From positions 44,862 through 64,861 of the forward strand of contig JYFJ02001993.1 in the NCBI GenBank assembly GCA_000934665.2: 20,000 nucleotides of DNA, read 5' to 3'. Below the pieces are notes generated by a model. The model was not told the origin of the DNA and did not search any database. It saw only the letters and a list, made by a program, of their open reading frames with translations. This document shows, in pieces, positions 9,801-18,216 of the stretch. The position numbers and the translations under genes are program-made. Source of the DNA: Catajapyx aquilonaris (lineage: Eukaryota). How positions within the stretch are numbered: position 1 is the stretch's first letter; each line of letters opens with the position of its first letter.

Positions 9801-12043
9801 CAGATTTTTTGAAATTAAATGAAGACATAAATGAGACTCTCGTACTTATATTTCACCTGAAAATATTGCTTGCCTTCGTTTGAAAAACAACTTGCTGCAA
9901 GTTGTTTCAGAAAGAAGGCAGTCAACCACATCAGGGTATGCCAAGAATTTATCGATAGCCAATATTTGACATTACCTTGCTGTTTTCTTATAAATTGTAT
10001 ACTTTGTGTATGAACCTTACTTCATGATCTAATTTTGCTACTACAATAACTTTCCCTGGCCTCTCTTGCACTGTTGACAACACATCTGCCATTAAATATG
10101 AATAGTCCCCATGATTGTAATTTATCATAGTCCATACAGGAATAGTAGTCTACTTTGCAGAATCACAGTTAGCAGAAAAGTGTTTAAACTTGCTAAAGTG
10201 ATTGTGCATCTTTGTGGGAGAGACAATATTGGGGAAATGACTTGTATTGTTCATCATCACAACATGCTAAGGTGGGTTATGATATTGTCAGCAATTCAGA
10301 ATTGGTATAAAACCAATAAGATGTTTCACTTATACATTGAGACTGCACTTGTTATAAATTGATACTGGTATATCAAAAGTCAGAAAATTAATTACTGAGC
10401 CAAGGTTCACACATGAGGATAATTTTAAATTGTAGTAAGAATAGCTGTCATGGATATTTTTAGTGTTATTAGTTTTAAGAAATGATACACTTATATTTTA
10501 TAACAATATTTTGGTTTATATTCGGAGGTAATACGTAAGGTAGAAACTTATGACAATAATGTTATCATTGCTGTTACACTGGTTTATTTATCTGCACAGG
10601 TGAACTGCTACTCCTAGTGTTTGGCATGTATCTGAGTTACCACGTGCGGAATGCAGTCTCACTCTTCCATGAGAAGCGGTGCCTATGTGTCGCCATTTAC
10701 GCTGAGGCTGCCTTCAGTGTCACTTACTACATCCTTCGGGAGTTGTACTGGCTCCATATGCACCCAGACCATCTATTTATTATGGAATTCGTACGTGGAC
10801 AGTGTACAACCACACTTATCCTACTCGTCATATTCATTCCAAAGGTACTGGGCTGGTGAAGGACATGGGCTTTGGAACGCTGGAATACCAATAATAATGA
10901 TGATGTCATTCCAGCTGTGGTACCACCACAGGCCTCCAAGAGTGGAAGGCCAGACAAGGCATCTGTCCACTACCGAAATGGGCGAGAGGAGTGGTGGTGG
11001 GCAGGCTGCTGCTGCAGGGGGATCTGCTGCTGTACCAGCTGCACCGGGTCATGAAGGACTCAAATTTGCTGATGGAATCACCGTCAATGGGGAGGTGGAT
11101 GTTGGGGAAATTAACATTGCACAGATGGATCCAGAGGATATTAGAGTGAGTATTATGTGTACACTAATTTGCTGAAAACAGCACTGGTATTCAAAGGAAC
11201 AATGCAGTTACATTACAGACTTGCTCTCATGCATTGTAATAACATCAATATGGACATGTGGCTTACATATATGCATGCCTGTAACTACACCTCTGCATAA
11301 TAGATCATAAAAGCTGCTTTTATTCGTCATGTAATCCACTTATACCTCACAAAGTGCTTTTGGTGTGCTCTTTTCTAAAATCTGTTTGTTTTCAAACAGT
11401 CTGAGCTGAAACGAGTGTACACGCAACTGCAAGTACTTCGTGACAAGACAATGAGAAAGGACAACCCTCACATTTCAAAACGACGCGGTGGACGTAAAGC
11501 AACGCATCGCCGTTTCTCCCTGCAGGTGGGTATCAGTTCCTCAGGTCTCTTCAAAATGAACTCATGATCGATTGCAGCTCTTTAGATATTTATTAACAAG
11601 CCCTCTCTCGGATATCCGCGCATTTTAACTACTAAAGACAAATACCCCCCTTTCTTGCAGCAGAAAAAAGGAAGTAAAGAGAAGGTAAGTGATGTCCACG
11701 TGCCCAGCCAACTGCCGATTTCTGTTGCGACAGGTATTTTTTAACCAAATGGCCGCACATTCCCGCTTGCAGCAAGCAGAATGACTTTGAGTGAGGGTTT
11801 TTTTTATTTCGTGTACTTTTTCTTGTGCCTCGGTAGATGTCGGTGCACCACCGCCGTCACCGTTCCTTCAAGTACCACAGTCAATCGGGTGATGGGGAAC
11901 ATGAACAGGAGGCCTCCAAGACACCGGAGGACTCAGTTTGCAGTGCCGAGGGCCCCAGCGTCATCTTTGCTGATGGACCTTCCACTTACAGTGACGTCGG
12001 ATACGGGACGCCCTCGGTGTCGTTCAAGGCCCCACATAAGTAG
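654..12043 (+). CDS. GPR158: GPR158/GPR179-family class C GPCR (smog/CG31660-like), 5'-partial; join(654..814,1871..2033,6636..6704,9057..9166,9385..9620,10600..10844,10915..11145,11400..11525,11661..11684,11837..12043)
   Basis: All exons have AG/GT boundaries and matching phases (1572 nt = 523 aa + stop). The translation shows the family architecture: EGF-like 'C..GFQSGAYNCHC..NFYFP', 'CLPCPASCPGC' stalk, TM3 'PWCRELGFAICYGAILLKIYR', TM7 'IFIPK' and coiled coil 'DPEDIRSELKRVYTQLQVLRDKTMRKDNPHISKRRGG'. The symbol is a family-level label from recalled motifs; orthology is untested. Confidence 0.92.
1871..2033 (+). CDS. GPR158: GPCR exon: Cys-rich stalk and TM1 (RCLPCPASCPGCGEGRLCLAQHDFITRSLPLGVQALCMTVTLILALIVFKLRKSK)
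   Basis: tttcatacag acceptor, AAG|gtaagg donor; 163 nt, phase 2 to 0; lies inside ORF 1821..2075. Confidence 0.92.
6636..6704 (+). CDS. GPR158: GPCR exon: TM2 (VMASSMWTMLEMILLGAFLLYTT)
   Basis: ttctctgcag acceptor, ACG|gtaagt donor; 69 nt, phase 0-0; family-typical 'LE.ILLGA.LLY'. Confidence 0.92.
9057..9166 (+). CDS. GPR158: GPCR exon: ECL1 and TM3 (VMVRYFEPRVSLCLLAPWCRELGFAICYGAILLKIYR)
   Basis: ttttcttgtag acceptor, AG|gtaaga donor; 110 nt, phase 0 to 2. Confidence 0.93.
9385..9620 (+). CDS. GPR158: GPCR exon: ICL2, TM4, ECL2 (TLVEFRTRKAHRWVIKDKDLLKYL...AVCRPLWWEYVTET)
   Basis: ttcttttcccag acceptor, G|gtatat donor; 236 nt, phase 2 to 1; lies inside ORF 9278..9628. Confidence 0.93.
10600..10844 (+). 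CDS. GPR158: GPCR exon: TM5-TM7 (GELLLLVFGMYLSYHVRNA...FHEKR...LVIFIPK)
   Basis: tctgcacag acceptor, AAG|gtactg donor; 245 nt, phase 1 to 0; class C 'PK' at the end of TM7. Confidence 0.93.
10915..11145 (+). CDS. GPR158: GPCR exon: proximal cytoplasmic tail (LWYHHRPP...GEINIAQMDPEDIR)
   Basis: ttccag acceptor after a 70-nt intron, AGA|gtgagt donor; 231 nt, phase 0-0; ends in the conserved DPEDIR. Confidence 0.88.
11400..11525 (+). CDS. GPR158: GPCR exon: cytoplasmic coiled coil (SELKRVYTQLQVLRDKTMRKDNPHISKRRGGRKATHRRFSLQ)
   Basis: ttttcaaacag acceptor, CAG|gtgggt donor; 126 nt, phase 0-0; missed by the ORF track. Confidence 0.93.
11661..11684 (+). CDS. GPR158: GPCR microexon, (Q)KKGSKEK, 24 or 21 nt via a tandem CAG-CAG acceptor
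   Basis: cccccctttcttgcag|cag acceptor and a perfect AAG|gtaagt donor; frame-preserving; resembles the 'FSLQKKGS.K' segment I recall from smog-like proteins. Confidence 0.8.
11837..12043 (+). CDS. GPR158: GPCR terminal coding exon (MSVHHRRHRSFK...EASKTPEDSVCSAEGP...KAPHK*)
   Basis: T-rich tract then cggtag acceptor, phase 0, TAG stop at 12041-12043; smog-like 'SKTPEDSVCSAEGP'. Confidence 0.88.
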   Translation: MSVHHRRHRSFKYHSQSGDGEHEQEASKTPEDSVCSAEGPSVIFADGPSTYSDVGYGTPSVSFKAPHK

Positions 12044-12492
12044 ATTACACACCTTTTATTTTGATTTATTCAGTTCAGATAACACCACCATAATTGCATT
12101 TATGTTTGAATTTGGGTTTTGAGTCAGTGAAGGTATTTGTTTACTTACTACCAGGCTTATTATGATTTGGGTTTAGTTTACACCTCAAGAACAGGTTTGG
12201 TCTGCTAATTGGTAGAAATGTGATTGCACATGAATTTAAGATATTCAGTAGTGACTCCAGTGGTATTTAAGTCGTTATTGGCAGGATATATAGGTGGGAC
12301 TTATGAAATACCATCACTTGATGAAGGGATTCGCTTGTCCTTCCCTCATGTGTGAATTGCACATGTGTTTCATACATATGTGACTGCACTTAACACATGG
12401 TTCAATATGCAATAGAGAATTAAAAGTAAGAGATAGACAACATATAAACTATTGATGGCCATGACCATGAAATGGTTGAAACAAGGATTGGT

Positions 12493-12498
12493 AATAAA
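12493..12498 (+). terminator. First candidate polyadenylation signal (AATAAA) of the GPCR; further AATAAA at 14737, 15062 and 15801
   Basis: Hexamer match only, and the downstream sequence is not clearly GU-rich, so the true 3' end is unknown. Confidence 0.25.
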
Positions 12499-15297
12499 AA
12501 CAGGGCATGGTAAATGTGATAACAGGGGAAATTGATACTTGAAAGTAATCTATCAAGGCTAGTAAGGAAGACAAAAAATGATCAGAACATGACAACAGTG
12601 AATGGAAAAGAAGGTCACACATAAAATTTCTTCCAAGACTTTGAGTGTTGAGAATAACTGAAATGGTTGCAGCACGTTGAGGCCACCGATCATCATGGTC
12701 ACATCATGTCAAAGTTGCCACTGTTTTCCAGCCTTTCATTTCGCGTGGACCCATTTCCCTCAAGACAGTGGCATCTTGGACCAAATGTGGCATTGTTATT
12801 AAACAGCCCACCCTTTAAGAGTGAGAAATGTCTAACTGGACCTCACTCTTACATGGTAGGACGTTTTAATTGAATTAACTGTTCCCTGGCAGCTTCATTG
12901 TTCATTTCTACCACCACAACCTTCCCAGTTGTTAACTAACTGTTGCTTAATCATAGTTTTAGAATCAGTATGCATAAATAGTAAACGTCTATAATATCGT
13001 CATGAACGTGATTTTAAGTGTGGAACGTTTCCCCCTGCCTCTTTGCTATATATATCTCGATGTTGTGATTGTGAGTTAGAATTTTCATTCAGTTTAGGGT
13101 TAGGCATAAGTAGTTAGCTGCCAGATTCAGACATTGTCATGGACCACTATTGTTGTGAAGACGACAGTGACTGGATGGGATTTATGTTACTTCCTGAGAT
13201 ACTAAGAAAATGAGAAGATGCTCCTTTACCAATCCAGTCAGTGCCTTCTTTTAGTTTTTTGTGGTCATTTTGTTTAGTTTTCTGTCCAGCTGAGAAAAAT
13301 ATTGCAATCCAATAATGTTGGCTTACTGACCCGAGCCCCACTAAGCCACTTACAGAATTACTGAATAGGCCATTAGAATGAAGTCTGAGGTTATGCATAA
13401 AAACAAGGACATTGTTTTAATGGCTCATTCACATACATACTCTTGGCAAGACAGAAAATTTCCAATGTCTGCATACATGATGTCTAAAGACACCTTTTTG
13501 ACAATGACCTCACCGTGCTTACAAGATACTGTGCAGAGAAATGCATTGTTGTCATGTTCAAGGACACTTTCCCCTTAGCAACAATTTATTGCCATGGATT
13601 TTAATTGTTGCAGAGAGGATGAGGTAGCTATGAATGTGGAAGATGATCACTGTTATCACAAATATCTAATGCTGTGTTTTTAACTGTTACAGAAATGGTA
13701 GTGTCTTGTTTAAGATAAAATATAATTATGTCACCATGTGCATTGCATCATAAAATTTTGAACTGAACCTGTTCTCTTTACTTTCTTGAGTATCTTATCA
13801 CAGTGAATTTTTACTTTTCCTGCAGTACAGATACAAATCTACACGAGACCTTTGTACATAGGACAAAAACATCTCCAAGAACTATGACATGGGACACAGC
13901 ACATGTGAATTTTTTTGTGTGATGTGTGTGCAATAGGCTTCGTTCCCAAAGATGTTGCCTTAGCTATAATAGATATTATCCCCCAACCACATAGGTCAAA
14001 AAGAACGAAAAGAAATTTTGATCTCACTTTTTTGGGACATAGACTTCTTCCACTTCATTATTTTATTTTAGAATTTATAGCCCAGCCAAATGTAAAGGTG
14101 AGTCATTTTATTTGAACAAAAAAAAAGCAAGCCTCAGTGTTACTAATAGTCCAACACAGTACCTACATTTTTCCGGATTTAATTTCACAAAATGTGTGAT
14201 AGAGGAGAATCGACGTGTAGTTAGTATACCTACCCTCATTACACAGCTTTTACCTCCTTTCCCCTCCTACCCTCATCTAACTTTTTTTATACAAAATATA
14301 AACAATGTAGATTGGCTAAAATTCATAAAAGGATTCCTCCTTTAATCTTTCCAAACCTCAACTCCTGAAGGAACATCTAGATGCATTTGCAGTTTTTTGA
14401 TGAGCCTTTTCTACACCACTCTAAAGTAAAGTAGATTCAACATGTGGGAACATGCCAGAACATAATATTTTCTGGCTATTAGTTAAGTTTCACAACGAAA
14501 ATATTGTTACCAACCGGACGTGACTTAATGAAAGTGCAGATTTAGAAGGGAGTAATCAGTCATACGTCATTTAAAAAGTTACCATCCCTGCCTCCCCAAT
14601 TTAAACTCCCTCCCCCCTATGCCCATAACATTGCCCAATTACTGTAATTTAGTGGAATGTGTGCTGTGTACACACCTTTGCCCAATTTTCTGTTCTCCCT
14701 GTTGTAAGCGTATTCTCAACCAGACAGTCGTTTGAAAATAAAAAGTCTCAATACAGGACATATCCATTTGTAACAATATGGAAATCAAACATGGATACCT
14801 TTCACGATTGATTTTGAATTGCCCAATGATAATTTTTACTAGAAATTGTTCCTAATAATATTAACTTAGATGAAAAAGTTACTCAGTTTTTAAATAATTA
14901 TGTTCTATGAGTAGTGAATTTCTGGGCTTGTATGTTGAGAATTTTGAATTTTTTGCATTTAAAATGATCACCAAAGACACTGAAACATACTAGAATTTTA
15001 ATATTAATTTTAATGACAATGATAGTCAATTGCCAATTTTTGAGTTACTTAAACCTATATTAATAAAAGCACCTGAAACAAGGTATTACAATGGGAAATA
15101 ATGCAGAATTATGTGCATTTTAAATTTTATTGAATTTATTGCTTGTGAATAAGACCCAATGAAATTGACATCATTTGAAATTGTCATAAAAATTGAAGTT
15201 AAATTTATGACAGGTTCTTAGCACCCCCTGTCCACCAACTTTGTATAATATTACTAGGAACAACTTTCAATGAAGAGTATCCAGTATAACGAAAAAT

Positions 15298-15459
15298 CCA
15301 AGGGTCTACCACCTTCCAGCACTTGGTGTACACTGCTGCTGAGCAACCAGCCAAGCAACCATAGTGGCAACCACCTGAAACTTTTTTTTTTGTTTTGTTT
15401 TTTTTTGGTAGTAACCAGCAACCAGTGTACACCATCAGTGGAAGTTGCTAACACCTTGG
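15298..15459. repeat. Degenerate inverted repeat (~45-bp arms), probable old MITE remnant
   Basis: Perfect core tggtgtacactg (15324-15335) / cagtgtacacca (15423-15434), extending imperfectly to ccaagg / ccttgg. The interior has repeated gcaacca units and a poly-T tract. Confidence 0.5.
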
Positions 15460-15639
15460 GGAAATCAAACCTAGAAATATCCTTTCTAAACAAAGAAAAA
15501 AATATACATGCTTTTTTTGTTACAGCAGATATGTAAGTATTTTGTGAGGATACAAAATTACTCTTTGTTTATGCCTTGACTGATGGATACCAGTCCTCCC
15601 CCAAGGTGGTCTAGTCTAGTGGTGCCTACTATCAAGGCT

Positions 15640-15715
15640 TGGGGCTTTCCCTCATGGGTTTCCCTCACACAATTTCGGGACGATTTCCTTTCCAGAATAG
15701 CCACAGACACTTACT
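15640..15715 (+). mobile_element. Possible decayed SINE central fragment
   Basis: 'gggtttccctcacacaatttcgggacgatttcctttccagaatagccacagac' resembles from memory the 'ggttttccc...gccgggatggttcct...ggccacggcc' core of arthropod SINEs. No head or TSD is visible. Confidence 0.3.
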
Positions 15716-15866
15716 GTCTTAACTATGGTATGCTTTCATGAAATGGAATGGAATATGGTGGCTTGTATTTCAATAACTAGGCCTACTATCCATTTAAAAA
15801 AATAAAATACCTCAAGTGAGACTAGAATAGACAATATTATTGTTATGTAATATAAATCATACTATA

Positions 15867-16426
15867 CAGGGTGGTCGGTAAATGGCGCACAAGCTTCAGG
15901 TAGCAAGATTCCTAGTGAAAAACCAGTATATGGAAGTGAAGGTCCTATTGCTGTACGAGGCCTGGTTATGGCTCACGAGGTCTCCAAAGTTTGGGCCAAA
16001 TCATGAAGTCACATCCGCCCGTGAAATTAAAACATTACCGTATTGCTACAGGACGCTGTTTGTTGCCATGTTGACATCCCTACATTTTCACCAAACAATG
16101 GAACCTCATAAACTCGCGGGGACGTTGCCAGGTACGCGGCGACGACGGTATGGCAACACCTGGCAACGTCCCTGCGAGTTTATACGGGTTCCATTGTTTG
16201 GTGAAAATGTGGGGGGTGTCAACATGGCAACAAACCGCGTACAGTAGCGATACGGTAATGTTTGAATTTCGCAGGTGGATGTGACGTTATGATTTGGCCC
16301 AAACTTTGGAGACCTCGTGAGCCCTAACTAGGCATCGGAGAGCAATAGGACCTTCACTTCCTTATACTGGTTTTTCACAAGGAATCTCGCTACCTGAAGA
16401 TTGTGCGCCATTTACCAACCACCCTG
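15867..16426. mobile_element. Non-autonomous Tc1/mariner-type fold-back MITE, 560 bp, TA target-site duplication
   Basis: TA|CAGGGTGG...CCACCCTG|TA termini. The left arm 15867-16133 and right arm 16158-16426 are reverse complements (~90% by manual alignment) around a 24-nt spacer. No transposase. Confidence 0.93.
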
Positions 16427-17189
16427 TATAATTATCATGAAGCATGATTCAAGATCTCTTATATGGGCTCTCACTACATCTACACCAGAATTCAATGAGT
16501 AAAAAGACCCAAATGTTTACATGATTAACAGAGAGCAAGTTTGCAATTTTTTCTTATCACATTGAATGGACAAAAAAAATTGTCATCTGGTTTAACTGTG
16601 AACTGGATATTTATATATATCCTTAAATATTATTAAAACTTCAATTACAACAATAACTTAATTGTCATTAATGGGGAGAGAAACTTGGTATTAAGTTCAA
16701 CATTACAATTTCATGCACACATTCAACATGTCAAATACATCACAAAAAAAAAACGCATTTGTTTCAGGATTTCGTCAGCTATCCTGGTTGGAAGAGAGAA
16801 CATATTTTCCTTTGCACTGACCACACGTCTCCTGTCAAATTATTATCATTGTTGAATCTGTTCTTGGGCCAGTAACAAGTTAAATGCCAAGTTCCTACAC
16901 CAAGCAGTTTTGAAGATAGATGAGATCTCTTGTTTAATAGCAATTAAGCCAATGTTGTGATAATTTTAACATTGCTTCTGCACAACAAATAATAATAACT
17001 GGACGTCAGCACAATTTGTTTGTGCTCTCTCCACCTGATTGTGTATGATTAGGCCTTTATAAACGTGACAGTCTACATGGGGCAGTCAATAAATTATAAG
17101 CCTGTGTTGAAACTAGTGGTTAATGCTGATTTGAGTATTACAACATACAGCATCATCCTTCAATTATGCAACAGCCACATCATGTTGCT

Positions 17190-17460
17190 GTATCAGCATT
17201 TTACACCATGCCACAGAGAATTGAAGTCTAAAAGATGACCATGCTAGAAGACAATGCTCCAGTCTATAGTCAGGTGTTTCCAAACAAACTGACAGAATGT
17301 GGCTTCAAACTGCTTCCCGACTCAATGTACTCACCTGGCCTAGTGACTTCTTCCTCTTCAAAAATATGAAGAAAGATCTGCAGGGTATGCATTTCAGGAT
17401 GATTTGGCAGCCCCAATACTGGGACAACAAGTGTATCCAAGTCAAGTGGAAAAATAATGC
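17190..17460 (+). pseudogene. Decayed mariner (DD34D-type) transposase fragment
   Basis: From 17241 it reads MLEDNAPVYSQVFPNKLTECGFKLLPDSMYSPGL, then a frameshift to PSDFFLFKNMKKDLQGMHF...WDNKCIQVK. This matches mariner 'HDNA.......LPHPPYSPDLAPSDF.LF..LK..L.G..F' and 'W.KCI'. It is internally deleted and no TIRs are seen. Confidence 0.82.
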
Positions 17461-17504
17461 TGACTTATCGAGAGAGAAAAAATCTTTCTAGGTATGTTAG
17501 GCTT

Positions 17505-17540
17505 ATGTCAGAAGATATGGGGGGTCATATCTTCTGACAT
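17505..17540. repeat. Perfect 15-bp inverted repeat with 6-nt loop
   Basis: atgtcagaagatatg-gggggt-catatcttctgacat. Confidence 0.85.
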
Positions 17541-17770
17541 GCTCATTGAGATCGAGATGTATTTATAGCCCGTAAGAGTGCTTGAATTATGCTGTAATGA
17601 TATCTTGCACCAGTATTCATGCAATTCTAGTGCCAGTTGAAGTGATTACATTTTTGAACTGGCTCGAGTTGTTATAATTATTATTGGTTTCAGTGACACT
17701 GGCCACCATATAAAACAGATGATGGCGATGCATATGATCAACAGAGTACACTATTGGAATCTTCAACATA

Positions 17771-17776
17771 TTTATT
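17771..17776 (-). terminator. Candidate IFT52 polyadenylation signal (AATAAA); a second candidate at 17892-17897
   Basis: tttatt on +, ~370 nt past the stop; followed on - by GU-rich 'tagtgtactctgttg'. Confidence 0.55.
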
Positions 17777-18016
17777 AACATTTTTTCAGAACCACATTAA
17801 AACACAATGAAAAAATATTGTGCTGACTAGAGTGCATTTTGTACGTCGCGTATTGAACGTTTTGTCAAAAAGTGCAAATACGTTCATGTTTTTTATTTCA
17901 GGCTAGATTGTTGAAGAGGCCTCCATACCAGAGTGCATTAATAACTGCAAAGTATTTTCCTGGTGAAGTTTCCCCCTCTGTGAGGAACAGATTGCCTTAA
18001 ATAACATTACTATAAC

Positions 18017-18059
18017 CAAGTGCATGTGAAAAAGAGCAACTGTTTCTCACATGCACTTG
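18017..18059 (-). other. Stem-loop in the IFT52 3' UTR
   Basis: caagtgcatgtga / tcacatgcacttg is a perfect 13-bp stem, extending to 17 bp with one G-U pair on the - strand. Confidence 0.6.
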
Positions 18060-18141
18060 AACTTGCATACAATTTAGAAGTGGAATTATACTCAACATGC
18101 ACTCAGGAATGTTTATGTGTGTAAGTTATCTGCAGGTTATC

Positions 18142-18216
18142 TCAGGTGTCTCTTCCCTCAGGTACTTCCACATCAACATCCTCATCTTCATAATCAATTC
18201 CATCTACTTCATTGTC
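18142..18216 (-). CDS. IFT52: IFT52 last coding exon (DNEVDGIDYEDEDVDVEVPEGRDT*)
   Basis: ttttgtttcag acceptor on -, phase 0, TGA at 18144-18142. Confidence 0.8.
   Translation of the reverse strand, partial: DNEVDGIDYEDEDVDVEVPEGRDT

Noticed and set aside
12041..12064. Stop-codon readthrough of the GPCR
   Set aside because: TAG-A is a poor readthrough context, and another in-frame stop follows after six codons.
11685..12122. Alternative donor at 11733 with acceptor at 11772 leading into ORF 11781..12122
   Set aside because: The implied intron is only 39 nt, and the ORF is an off-frame reading of the polypyrimidine tract and last exon.
15882..16247. 121-aa ORF
   Set aside because: It lies wholly within the palindromic MITE and shows no transposase or other recognisable motif.
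16755..16790. CTGACGA...GAAAC on the - strand (hammerhead core)
   Set aside because: No viable stem II and no pairing for stems I or III.
18030..18046. Iron-responsive element in the IFT52 3' UTR hairpin
   Set aside because: The loop reads CAGUUG rather than CAGUGH, and there is no bulged C five base pairs below it.
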